From positions 41-64,040 of the forward strand of contig CANLPK010000005.1 of assembly GCA_947492885.1 (NCBI GenBank): a stretch of 64,000 bases of DNA. The letters run 5' to 3'. The notes under the pieces were generated by a model. The model was given only the letters and a program-made list of their open reading frames with translations. It was not told where the DNA came from and did no database searches. Positions 48,855 through 58,089 of this stretch are shown here, piece after piece (position 1 is the stretch's first letter; every line of letters begins with the position of its first letter). This DNA comes from Bacteroidota bacterium. Lineage in GTDB: Bacteria; Bacteroidota; Bacteroidia; UKL13-3. The translations under genes and the position numbers were made by a program.

Positions 48855-49511
48855 TTACTGGTTCCCTTTTTTATAATCGGCTAAGAATTTCTCTAAACCA
48901 ATATCGGTAAGAGGATGTTTTAGAAGCGCAAGTATTGAATCGAGTGGGCTTGTTATCACATCGGCACCTGCTTCTGCACATTTTACAATATGAACAGGGT
49001 TGCGAATAGAAGCTGCAAGTACTTGCGTTTCGTAAGCTTGAATATTATAGATATGAACAATTTGATTGATTAGCTCAATACCATCATAGCTGATATCATC
49101 CAATCGTCCTAAGAATGGTGAGATATAGGTGGCACCTGCCTTGGCAGCTAAAATAGCTTGTCCGGCACTGAATACCAACGTGCAATTGGTTTTGATTCCT
49201 TTGCTGCTAAAATATTTGATGGCTTTGATACCATCTTTTATCATTGGCACTTTTACAACAATATTTTTATGCAAAGCAGCCAGCATTTCGCCCTCTCTAA
49301 CAATGCCTTCGAAGTCGGTACTGATTACCTCAGCACTTACATCTCCATCAACCATATTACAAATTGTAACATAGTGATTGATGATATTCTCAGCACCAGT
49401 AATGCCTTCCTTAGCCATCAAGCTTGGGTTGGTGGTTACTCCATCCAAGATTCCAAGATCATTGGCTTCTTTAATCTGATTTAGATTTGCGGTATCAATA
49501 AAAAACTTCAT
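48855..49511 (-). CDS. fsa: Fructose-6-phosphate aldolase / short transaldolase (class 3B)
   Basis: [13 protein letters not shown]...[17 protein letters not shown] and [10 protein letters not shown] (Schiff-base Lys context) motifs. Confidence 0.9.
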   Translation of the reverse strand: MKFFIDTANLNQIKEANDLGILDGVTTNPSLMAKEGITGAENIINHYVTICNMVDGDVSAEVISTDFEGIVREGEMLAALHKNIVVKVPMIKDGIKAIKYFSSKGIKTNCTLVFSAGQAILAAKAGATYISPFLGRLDDISYDGIELINQIVHIYNIQAYETQVLAASIRNPVHIVKCAEAGADVITSPLDSILALLKHPLTDIGLEKFLADYKKGNQ

Positions 49512-49651
49512 AGCGTATAGGGTTTGAAATACGCGGCGAAATTGCCTTATTTATGGCGTTTACAGATAACAAGTTATTCACAGGATTCATTTTCGAAGCC
49601 AAGGTAAAATTGAAATCAGGCAAGAAATGCCGAAAAACGGGGAAAGGGGCA

Positions 49652-49688
49652 TCAACAAAAAGTCCCGAAGCGAGCGCTTCAGGACTTT
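49652..49688 (-). terminator. Probable Rho-independent terminator for the response-regulator gene
   Basis: The minus strand reads aaagtcctgaagc-gctc-gcttcgggact followed by ttttgtt. Confidence 0.55.
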
Positions 49689-49779
49689 AAGATTCAATTC
49701 AATAAGTATTTATTCACTAACGAGTGATTTTATGCTTACGAATAAATGGTTATTTAGAATAGTAATTTGGTGTTTTTTT

Positions 49780-49830
49780 GAATTCGCTCGGGATATTGAT
49801 GAATTCGCTAGGAATTACTTTGAATTCGTT
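49780..49830. repeat. Three 9-bp direct repeats (GAATTCGCT, GAATTCGCT, GAATTCGTT), each pair separated by exactly 12 bp (21-bp period)
   Basis: Read directly at 49780-49788, 49801-49809 and 49822-49830. The third copy abuts the stop codon (49831-49833) of the LytTR regulator gene. Confidence 0.9.
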
Positions 49831-50568
49831 TTAGATTTTAGCAACAAACTGAAGAAATTCGTCCTTCTTGCGAGTAGAAACTGGAAGTTCATCGCCATTG
49901 GTGATTAAAATGGAGCAAGTATGTTTATTGAACTTGCGGATGCAACGGGCATTCACCAAAAACGACTGATGGATGCGGAAAAATCCATGACGTTCAAGCA
50001 TTTCGGTAGTTTCACGCAATCCGCGGCATACCAGGATGGCCTTGCCGTTACTTAAAATATACTTGGTATAGCTATTATCACTTCGGCAATACAAGATTTC
50101 CGATATCTCAATGAATGAAAAACCATCGGGCGTAGGTAATGCCAGGTTCGTATTCATGTTATTATTTGGAATAACGGGGGTTACCACCCTTGGTGTTGTA
50201 GAATTTTTAAGTTTTGCGGCTACGGCACTCACCTCTTCATGATCAATAGGTTTTAAAATAAAATCGAAGGCTGCATATTTAATTGCTTGTAAGGCATATT
50301 CGCTGAAGGCGGTAGTAAATACAACTTTGAAAGGGATAGAGGTAAATCGGTTTAAGAAGTCGAAGCCATTTAAAACGGGCATCTTAATATCCAGAAAAAC
50401 AATATCGGGCTTAAGTTCCTGAACAATTCCTACTGCCTCTTCTGGAAACTGACATCGCGCAACGACCAGGATATCGGGGCAGAAATGAGAAATGATTTTG
50501 TCTAAGGTGTCCAGATTGGGAACTTCGTCATCAATAATGACAGCCTTAATTCGTGTGTTAGAGATCAT
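49831..50568 (-). CDS. LytR/AlgR-family response regulator (REC + LytTR DNA-binding domain)
   Basis: Start at MISNTRIKAVIIDDE. Phospho-acceptor context DIVFLDIKMP. C-terminal LytTR-like segment FFRIHQSFLVN. No histidine kinase adjacent. Confidence 0.85.
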   Translation of the reverse strand: MISNTRIKAVIIDDEVPNLDTLDKIISHFCPDILVVARCQFPEEAVGIVQELKPDIVFLDIKMPVLNGFDFLNRFTSIPFKVVFTTAFSEYALQAIKYAAFDFILKPIDHEEVSAVAAKLKNSTTPRVVTPVIPNNNMNTNLALPTPDGFSFIEISEILYCRSDNSYTKYILSNGKAILVCRGLRETTEMLERHGFFRIHQSFLVNARCIRKFNKHTCSILITNGDELPVSTRKKDEFLQFVAKI

Positions 50569-50894
50569 AAGTAAATTTTTTTCGTTATTAATTTTATTAG
50601 AAAATAGGGGCCCTAAATTAGCGGTAATAATACAAATAAATTTCAAAATTTTGAATTTTAGGACGATAATTTGACACGTAGGATTGAAAAAGTCAATAGT
50701 AATTCGTAAAAAGTAAATCGTGAAATGATATTTTCGAAGATGAGAAATTTCGTGTTTTAAAGGGAAAGTGAGTTATAATACTTTTCCTTCTAAATTTTGA
50801 TTTTCTCGACAATTAAAATTGGTGATATTTTAAAGCATTAATTTAAAAATGCCAGTTAAATAGGAGATATCTAAAAATAAATTATTTTTGAAAA

Positions 50895-51614
50895 ATGATC
50901 ATTCCCCGATATAGTAAGTTGCCCGCGAAAATTAAAGGAATATTTTTCTTTCTTAAACTTCATCTTTTATTCAATAGGTTTTCTAATACCTGGATTTTTT
51001 TAGGAAATATTTCACGCCTTTCTAAATGGATATCCGACAACAAGCAAAAGGGTTATAGCACCTTCTATAGTTTTAAGTTTAATTATGATGATCGCTTTAA
51101 GTTACACGAACATATCATCAACTCAGAAACCCTAACCGAAATAAACTACCTCGAATTTGGGGTATTTGATGGTGGTTCATTCTTATGGTGGGCCGACAAA
51201 ATCAAAAATCAAAACTCTCGATTCTTCGGCTTCGATACTTTTGAAGGCTTACCCGAAAATTGGGGTGCCTTTAAAGCTGGTGAAATGGAAAGTGGTATTC
51301 CGAAAACGGATGATGCAAGGACCACCTTCGTAAAAGGTTTATTTCAAGATACCTTGCCAGGCTTTCTTAAAACTTTTGACAATTCAAAAAGATTGGTTGT
51401 GCATATGGATGCGGATTTGTTTTCATCAACACTATTCGTGCTTACGAGCCTCGCCCCCTATTTGAAAGAAGGCGATATTATTATGTTTGATGAGTTTAAT
51501 GTACCCAATCATGAGTTCTTCGCATTCGATATGTTCGTTAAATCGTACTATATAAAATATGAGGTTTTAGGAGGCGTAAACAATTACTACCAAACTGCGG
51601 TGAAAATATTATAG
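50895..51614 (+). CDS. TylF/MycF-like class I SAM-dependent methyltransferase
   Basis: YLEFGVFDGGS, FGFDTFEGLPENW and VHMDADLFSSTLFVL...GDIIMFDEF follow the macrocin-O-methyltransferase-family motif order. Confidence 0.6.
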   Translation: MIIPRYSKLPAKIKGIFFFLKLHLLFNRFSNTWIFLGNISRLSKWISDNKQKGYSTFYSFKFNYDDRFKLHEHIINSETLTEINYLEFGVFDGGSFLWWADKIKNQNSRFFGFDTFEGLPENWGAFKAGEMESGIPKTDDARTTFVKGLFQDTLPGFLKTFDNSKRLVVHMDADLFSSTLFVLTSLAPYLKEGDIIMFDEFNVPNHEFFAFDMFVKSYYIKYEVLGGVNNYYQTAVKIL

Positions 51615-51647
51615 TCGCTAGGGCATGGAACATCAACTCCAATTCCT

Positions 51648-51655
51648 TATTTTTG
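51648..51655 (+). promoter_or_regulatory. Candidate -7 promoter box (TAnnTTTG)
   Basis: TATTTTTG lies upstream of paaA. Confidence 0.4.
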
Positions 51656-51764
51656 CCTAACTGTCCTTTCAAACAAAGGTAAAATCACTTTTCAATACTT
51701 TATTTATTTTGGGCAATACGATTCATTTTTGCACCCCAATATTGAATATTATAACAAACTAACC

Positions 51765-52754
51765 ATGTACGGAAACGCATATATCGACCCCAACGACAAA
51801 TCGGCATCAATCATTGCTGATGAAAATCCAAAACTGCTTGAGGAATTTGAAGCCCGAATTGCACGTGGCGAAAAGGTAGAGCCTCGCGATTGGATGCCCA
51901 AAGAGTACCGCAAACAATTAATTCGAATGATTGAGCAGCACGCACATAGCGAAGTGATTGGTGCATTGCCCGAAGGTACTTGGATTACGCGTGCTCCAGG
52001 CTTTCGCAGGAAACTAGCGTTGATGGCCAAAGTTCAAGATGAGATGGGGCATGCACAACTTCTTTATAGTGCTGCCGAAACATTGGGGAAAACCAGAGAG
52101 GCCATGATTAACGACCTTATCAGCGGTAAAAGTAAATACAGTAATGTGTTTAACTATCCAGCAAAAACCTGGGCTGATACTGCTGTTATTGCATGGCTTA
52201 TTGATGCAGGTGCTATTGTAAATCAGTTGGCGAATGCTAAAGGAAGTTATGGCCCGTATTGCCGTGCACTGGAGCGCATTTGTACAGAAGAAAGTTTTCA
52301 CTTAAAATATGGTCACGATGCCGTGGTGTATTTAGCTACGGGCACTCCAATTCAAAGAGCCATGGTGCAAGAAGCCCTCACACGTTGGTGGCCACCCATC
52401 ATGCATTTCTTTGGTCCGAGCGATAAAATATCGAGCCATACCGAAATATTGATGCGCTGGAAAGTGAAGATGGCATCCAATGACGATATGCGTCAGCAAT
52501 TTTTGAATATGTATGTTCCTAAGATTTTTGATTTGGGATTAACACTCCCTGATGAAAATTTGAAAAAGAATTTAACCACAGGAAAATGGGAATATACCGA
52601 ACCCGATTGGGACGAATTTAAACGTGTAATTAATGGAGGTGGCCCATGCAATGCAGAGCGCTTAGAAGTACGTCGGTCGGCAGAGGAGAACGCCAAATGG
52701 ATTAAACGCGCCTTGCTTCGTGAAGATGCTCGTTACGTTCTGCCATTGGCATAA
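51765..52754 (+). CDS. paaA: 1,2-phenylacetyl-CoA epoxidase catalytic subunit PaaA-like di-iron protein
   Basis: [50 protein letters not shown] and EESFHLKYG (di-iron ExxH motifs). The longest ORF starts at TTG 51729. Confidence 0.82.
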   Translation: MYGNAYIDPNDKSASIIADENPKLLEEFEARIARGEKVEPRDWMPKEYRKQLIRMIEQHAHSEVIGALPEGTWITRAPGFRRKLALMAKVQDEMGHAQLLYSAAETLGKTREAMINDLISGKSKYSNVFNYPAKTWADTAVIAWLIDAGAIVNQLANAKGSYGPYCRALERICTEESFHLKYGHDAVVYLATGTPIQRAMVQEALTRWWPPIMHFFGPSDKISSHTEILMRWKVKMASNDDMRQQFLNMYVPKIFDLGLTLPDENLKKNLTTGKWEYTEPDWDEFKRVINGGGPCNAERLEVRRSAEENAKWIKRALLREDARYVLPLA

Positions 52755-52784
52755 AAAAAGCAGATAAAAATTATCTGCTTTTCT
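52754..52784. terminator. Bidirectional terminator
   Basis: aaaaaaagcagata-aaaat-tatctgctttt lies between convergent genes. Confidence 0.7.
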
Positions 52785-52797
52785 AATTATCGTTTCT

Positions 52798-53559
52798 TTA
52801 TTTATCCAGGAAGGTGCTAAAAGTATCACCACGCAATCCAAGTCTTAGTGTTTCTAGTGGGATCAATTCATTCGGAGCAATATTCCCAAGGTTAACATTG
52901 CTTCCCATCTCTTTTATGAACCATACTTGCTGGCTTTTTTGAGGGGCTTCCCAAATTACTTTGTCTTTTGGAATGAAATGAGCAATTTCGTGTACCAATC
53001 CTTCGCGGGCTTCGCCATTACCACGAAACACCCCTACGTTGCCACTTTCGCGTGCTTCGGCAATAAGCTTCCAAGCGCCTGCTTCACTCTCTTTCTGCAT
53101 GAACTGTACCCATTCGTAAGGAGCAAATATTTTCTCAGCATCCTTACTTCCAACTTCACTTAATACCGTAGCATACTTGCAAAGACGGCGGATATACTCA
53201 CATTTTTCATCATGAGGCATCTCCAAACTTCCATCACTCATTTCTACGTGGGTGATTTTATATTTTTCGATAAGCTTTAAATAATCTTCGAAACGATTCC
53301 TAACAATGAATGCTTCCAATAAAGTTCCTCCAAAATAAACGGGGATACCGGCACTTTGATAGACATCAATCTTTTCTTGTAAGTGGGGAGTTACATAAGA
53401 GGTCCCAAATCCAAGTTTTAATAAATCGGTGTAAACTGAAGAGGAGCTTAAGAAATCTTCCACTTCCCTTACACTAAGCCCTTTATCCATTACCATGGTT
53501 AGCCCTTCATTTCTAGGCTTTTCGGCTCTAAACGGTATTTGATCTAACTCGAAATTCAT
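52798..53559 (-). CDS. comA: Phosphosulfolactate synthase (ComA family)
   Basis: PFRAEKPRNEGLTMVMDKG at the N-terminus, VEMSDGS, and a TIM-barrel-type pattern as in the (2R)-phospho-3-sulfolactate synthase family. Confidence 0.72.
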   Translation of the reverse strand: MNFELDQIPFRAEKPRNEGLTMVMDKGLSVREVEDFLSSSSVYTDLLKLGFGTSYVTPHLQEKIDVYQSAGIPVYFGGTLLEAFIVRNRFEDYLKLIEKYKITHVEMSDGSLEMPHDEKCEYIRRLCKYATVLSEVGSKDAEKIFAPYEWVQFMQKESEAGAWKLIAEARESGNVGVFRGNGEAREGLVHEIAHFIPKDKVIWEAPQKSQQVWFIKEMGSNVNLGNIAPNELIPLETLRLGLRGDTFSTFLDK

Positions 53560-53762
53560 ACGCATTAAAATTAAATGAGTTGCGAAAATACGCATTCTCC
53601 TTTTTTAAAAGGGTGAAATCTTTTTATGAGTCATATCACTTTTTCGGGTTTTTTTATTTAATTTGTATTATTCCAATTCAACAAAAAACAAAACAATCGA
53701 AGTTTACAACATTAGCAAGTGCTCAGGTTGTGGCTTCCCTAACTATTTATAACACCACGCAT

Positions 53763-55859
53763 ATGATGAAATTCCTAGTATTCATATCCTTTTTCATAAT
53801 CCTGTTATCGGCGTCGGCACAGTCGCCAATAAGGCTTTGGGACAAACGTTTTGCCGGCGATTCAACCGATAATTTAAACGCCATCAAGCGGGCTTCGAAT
53901 GGAAGTTTGTTCTTGGCTGGAAGAAGCAATTCCAAAAATAGCGGTGAGAAATCTTTAACAAGCAAAGGTGGTTACGACTACTGGGTAGTGAAAACCGATA
54001 GCAATGGCAATAAACTCTGGGATGCAACCATTGGAACAACCAGCAATGAAGACTTGTATTCGGTGGTGCCAACTGCCGATGGGGGATGCTTGGTGGGTGG
54101 ATTTACCAACGGTGGTAAAACAGGAGATAGAAATCAGGTATCCTTTGGATCAAGCGATTTCTGGATTGTGAAACTCAATGCCTCGGGTGTAAAGCAATGG
54201 GATAGCGCTTATGGTGGTAATAGTTATGATGAACTTCATTATGTCGAACCTACCACTGATAAAGGTTATTTATTAATAGGCTTATCGTATTCGGGCAAAA
54301 CAGGAAATAAAAAAAGTCCGAATAAAGGAGATGCTGATATTTGGGTGGTGAAGATTGATAGCGTGGGCCGGATGCTATGGGATAGCTCATATGGTGGTAA
54401 GGGTTATGATAATTGTTGGGAAGGGCATCAAACAAAAGATGGAGGATATATGCTTGCTGCTTGGTCCAAATCACCTATTAGCGGTAATAAAACAAAAGAT
54501 ACGATTGGGAATAGCGATTTATGGCTTGTGAAAATAAATGCCAATGGTGTATTTCAGTGGGATAAGGTTTATGGAGGAACCAATCTTGAAGAAATCAATA
54601 CCTTCATGGAATTGAAAGATGGCGGATTTTTATTTCCTACCTATTCCAATTCGGGTAAAAGTGGAAATAAGCTATCAGAAAATAAAGCATATTTGGATAT
54701 TTGGCTTATAAGAACGGATGCCAACGGCAATAAATTATGGGAACGTGAAATTGGCGGCAATTCTGACGAGCGTTGTTTTGCCATCGCACAAACCATGGAC
54801 AATGGCTTTATGATGGGCGGATACTCTTATTCAAGTATTGGCGATCGCAGCAAATTTAATTATGGAGGACTCGATTATTGGGTGATAAAAATTGATTCGG
54901 GTGGTCGCCCAATTTGGGATGAACATTTGGGTGGAAAGAAAGATGATTATATGCAAGATATGGTGCTCACACCAGGCGATAATATCGTAATGGCAGGCTA
55001 TTCAAAATCAGGGAAGGAATTTGATCGCACGGCTGATACCTTGAATGGCGCTTATGATTATTGGATTACGAAAGCCAAACAGCCTAATTTTTATATCACC
55101 AAACACGATACACTCTTGTGTCCGAACGATATGGATTATGTATCGTATAAAACCACCAATACCTTCGCCGACACCAATAAAATTTTCTTGCAGTTAAGCG
55201 ATGGTGGTAGCAATTTTACGAATCCCACCAATGTAGGATTTAAGATTGGAACCAAACTTAAAGTGGATAGTATTCTTGCATTAATTCCTGGAAATGCATA
55301 CGCATCACCATATTATAAATATCGTTTTATTAGCACCGGGCCAAAAGATACCAGCCTTTGGAGCTTTTCGGTGAAGATATTGGCACTGCCGAAAAAGCCA
55401 GTAATCACACATTATTTAGATACCATCATATGCAGTAATAGCAACGGTGTAACCTATCAATGGCTTAAAAATAATGTGCCGATTTCGGGAGCAACACAAC
55501 GCAAATATGTTCCTACGGTAGCCGCTTATTATAGAGTGCAAGTTGATAGTGCTGGATCGTGCCCAGCGTTTTCCGATCCTTTAGCCATTAATAATATTGG
55601 TATTCTTAGTAATGGTGGCATGTTAGAAATTATTGCTTTGCCCAATCCATTCGTCAATTCCATTTCCATATCCTTGGCAAATTTGAATGCCGGTAAAATG
55701 GAAATCGATATTTTTAGTATCGATGGAAAATTAATGTATCATGAAACGCTAAACGAACAAACGACAGTGATCCCAACCCAACATTTTGTTTCAGGAATTT
55801 ATATTGTGAAAGTGGTTGGAATCGAAGGAATTGGTACAGTAAAAATGATAAAGGAATAA
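53763..55859 (+). CDS. Secreted protein with seven tandem repeats of about 55 aa (probable beta-propeller) and a T9SS C-terminal sorting domain
   Basis: Start at MMKFLVFISFFIILLSASAQS. Seven repeats fit the pattern W(D/E)..(Y)GG...D......T.DGG....G.S.S..SG.K......G..D.W.VK.D..G. C-terminal tail ALPNPFVNSISISL...GIYIVKVVG. Confidence 0.7.
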   Translation: MMKFLVFISFFIILLSASAQSPIRLWDKRFAGDSTDNLNAIKRASNGSLFLAGRSNSKNSGEKSLTSKGGYDYWVVKTDSNGNKLWDATIGTTSNEDLYSVVPTADGGCLVGGFTNGGKTGDRNQVSFGSSDFWIVKLNASGVKQWDSAYGGNSYDELHYVEPTTDKGYLLIGLSYSGKTGNKKSPNKGDADIWVVKIDSVGRMLWDSSYGGKGYDNCWEGHQTKDGGYMLAAWSKSPISGNKTKDTIGNSDLWLVKINANGVFQWDKVYGGTNLEEINTFMELKDGGFLFPTYSNSGKSGNKLSENKAYLDIWLIRTDANGNKLWEREIGGNSDERCFAIAQTMDNGFMMGGYSYSSIGDRSKFNYGGLDYWVIKIDSGGRPIWDEHLGGKKDDYMQDMVLTPGDNIVMAGYSKSGKEFDRTADTLNGAYDYWITKAKQPNFYITKHDTLLCPNDMDYVSYKTTNTFADTNKIFLQLSDGGSNFTNPTNVGFKIGTKLKVDSILALIPGNAYASPYYKYRFISTGPKDTSLWSFSVKILALPKKPVITHYLDTIICSNSNGVTYQWLKNNVPISGATQRKYVPTVAAYYRVQVDSAGSCPAFSDPLAINNIGILSNGGMLEIIALPNPFVNSISISLANLNAGKMEIDIFSIDGKLMYHETLNEQTTVIPTQHFVSGIYIVKVVGIEGIGTVKMIKE

Positions 55860-55865
55860 ATCAAT

Positions 55866-56633
55866 TTATCGAACCACTCGAATCACAAGATTAGGAGTCA
55901 ATACAATATTGCTGCTTCGCCCGCTGGCAAATAGTTCCAGCTTGATGCGCATTCGCAATGCAGACCATACCATTTTACGAATTATTTCTTTTATAGGATT
56001 CTGAATGAAGATACGTGAAGACAATACTTCCGTTTCACTAAATCCACAATTACGCATCACTTGCTTTGCCGATGAAGAATTCAAATAGTTCTCATGAGTG
56101 AAATCACCATTCGCAAATATGGTTGCATAAGGCGCATCCATATTGGGTGTGCGGAAAATGGCGATACCACCCGGAGTCAATGATTCGCGAATGCCCGTTA
56201 ATAATTGTACAAGTTCATCTTTTGTAAAATGCTCGATAATATCGATGCCTGTGATGACATCAAAAATGTTTTTATTTTGCGCTAAGAACTGGGTTACATC
56301 GGCTTGCTGTACCGATTGAATTCCTAAGGTATGCGCTACTTTTACCATCTCTTCACTCACATCCACTCCTATAGTTTGAGAATAACCTGCATCAGTCAAT
56401 GATTTTACCAGGGCACCAATACCACATCCCAAATCAACGATCTTGAGGTTTTTATTGCCTGGAATCAATGGTAAAATTTCTTTGCTGAGCTGCACTGTTT
56501 CTTTATCAAGATTCTTTTGATAGTTCGTTTCGGCACGGCCCAGCTGACTGCTAAAGTATTGCTTATAGAAAATGTCTCGGTATTGAAGCATGGGGCGAAT
56601 TACGAATAAATTTATTGGATTTGAAAGGGGCAT
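55866..56633 (-). CDS. Class I SAM-dependent methyltransferase
   Basis: Motif I IVDLGCGIGALV and post-I DVSEEM. Confidence 0.72.
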   Translation of the reverse strand: MPLSNPINLFVIRPMLQYRDIFYKQYFSSQLGRAETNYQKNLDKETVQLSKEILPLIPGNKNLKIVDLGCGIGALVKSLTDAGYSQTIGVDVSEEMVKVAHTLGIQSVQQADVTQFLAQNKNIFDVITGIDIIEHFTKDELVQLLTGIRESLTPGGIAIFRTPNMDAPYATIFANGDFTHENYLNSSSAKQVMRNCGFSETEVLSSRIFIQNPIKEIIRKMVWSALRMRIKLELFASGRSSNIVLTPNLVIRVVR

Positions 56634-56700
56634 ACGCTATCAAGGGATGTAAATCGGTTCGTATTATAGGTTTTATGTAATATTGTGCTGCAAATCGCAC

Positions 56701-57300
56701 ATGTTAAAAAGGACCTTTCAAAATAAGCTCGTTGAAGCTGGCATCGATGAAGCAGGGCGTGGATGCCTCGCTGGCCCCGTATTTGCGGCCGCAGTAATCT
56801 TGCCCAAAAATTTCAAGAACAAAATCTTGAACGATAGCAAACAGCTCAATGAAAAGCAAAGAATGGAATTGAGGGCGGTGATTGAAAAAGAAGCAGTAGC
56901 CTACTCGGTAGGGCAAATCAACGAAACAGAAATCGATAAAATAAATATCCTCAAGGCGAGCATCAAAGCCATGCATCTGGCTTTGGATGGATTAAATACA
57001 GTTCCGCAGTTATTGGTTATTGATGGGAATCGCTTTTATCCCTACCAGCAAATAAAACATCAGTGCATCATTAAAGGCGATGGATTGTACATGAATATCG
57101 CCGCGGCAAGTATCCTAGCTAAAACGTACCGCGACGATTTTATGCAGGAGGCCCATTTGCAATATCCTCAATATGGATGGGATAAAAACAAAGGCTATGG
57201 CACGCTATTGCATGTGGAAGCCATCAAGCAATATGGTTATTCGCCCTTACATCGAAAAACATTTGTAGTGAAATCGCTGCAACAACTCAATTTGTTTTAA
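56701..57300 (+). CDS. rnhB: Ribonuclease HII
   Basis: GIDEAGRGCLAGPV, DSKQL and the C-terminal HRKTF motif. Confidence 0.92.
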   Translation: MLKRTFQNKLVEAGIDEAGRGCLAGPVFAAAVILPKNFKNKILNDSKQLNEKQRMELRAVIEKEAVAYSVGQINETEIDKINILKASIKAMHLALDGLNTVPQLLVIDGNRFYPYQQIKHQCIIKGDGLYMNIAAASILAKTYRDDFMQEAHLQYPQYGWDKNKGYGTLLHVEAIKQYGYSPLHRKTFVVKSLQQLNLF

Positions 57301-57386
57301 TGTGATTGGAGGGATGTATAATTCATCTCATTTTTTTCAATCAATTATATTTAGGAATTTAGCACTTTTAAAATTGCAATCATAAC

Positions 57387-58076
57387 TTGAATATATTAAT
57401 CAGCGGAACGAGCAAAGGCATTGGTCAGTATCTGGCGCATCATTACCTGGAAGCAGGCCATCAGGTGTTTGGCTGCAGTCGTACCCCAGCCAGTATTTCT
57501 CATTCGAATTACCGCCATTTTTTATTGGATGTATCCGAAGAAAAGGATGTACTGAATATGTTTCAGGAAATTCAGGCATTGGGTGGCGTGGATGTTTTAA
57601 TTAATAATGCAGGGATTGCTTCCATGAATCACTTGCTCACCACCCCTTATCAAAGCGTGAAGGATATTTTTGATGTGAATGTATTTGGTGCTTTTTTATT
57701 GATGCGTGAAGGCGCCAAACAAATGATTGCCAAGCGCCAGGGCCGTATTGTGAATATGCTCAGTGTGGCCACCCCACTGCATTTGGAGGGAGAGGCCGTA
57801 TATGGTGCATCCAAGGCTGCCCTCGAGCATTTAACATATGCAGCCGCTCGTGAACTGGCAAGTTATGGTATCACAGTGAATGGGCTTGGTTGTACTCCAT
57901 TGCAAACCGATTTAATTAAAAGTGTGCCCGAAGCTAAAATGAAAAAACTCCTTCAAAGGCAAGCCATTCCTCGCTTTGCACAGTTGGAAGAAGTGAGCAA
58001 CGTGATCGATTTCTTCATCAAACCCGAAAGTAATTTCATTACCTCACAAGTAATTTATTTGGGAGGAGTGAACTAA
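57387..58076 (+). CDS. Short-chain dehydrogenase/reductase (FabG-like)
   Basis: TTG start. ILISGTSKGIGQ, NNAGI and YGASKAAL (YxxxK) motifs. Confidence 0.82.
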   Translation: MNILISGTSKGIGQYLAHHYLEAGHQVFGCSRTPASISHSNYRHFLLDVSEEKDVLNMFQEIQALGGVDVLINNAGIASMNHLLTTPYQSVKDIFDVNVFGAFLLMREGAKQMIAKRQGRIVNMLSVATPLHLEGEAVYGASKAALEHLTYAAARELASYGITVNGLGCTPLQTDLIKSVPEAKMKKLLQRQAIPRFAQLEEVSNVIDFFIKPESNFITSQVIYLGGVN

Positions 58077-58089
58077 ATACCCAGGCATC

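Noticed and set aside
49780-49830. A possible mini-CRISPR array or mobile-element terminal repeats.
   Set aside because: The repeats are only 9 bp long with 12-bp spacers, far too short for CRISPR. There are no cas, transposase or integrase genes in the window.
49627-49908. A 93-aa plus-strand ORF with a repeated EFAR motif.
   Set aside because: The peptide repeats are simply the translation of the 21-bp-period DNA repeats. The ORF also runs antisense into the response-regulator gene and has no coding support.
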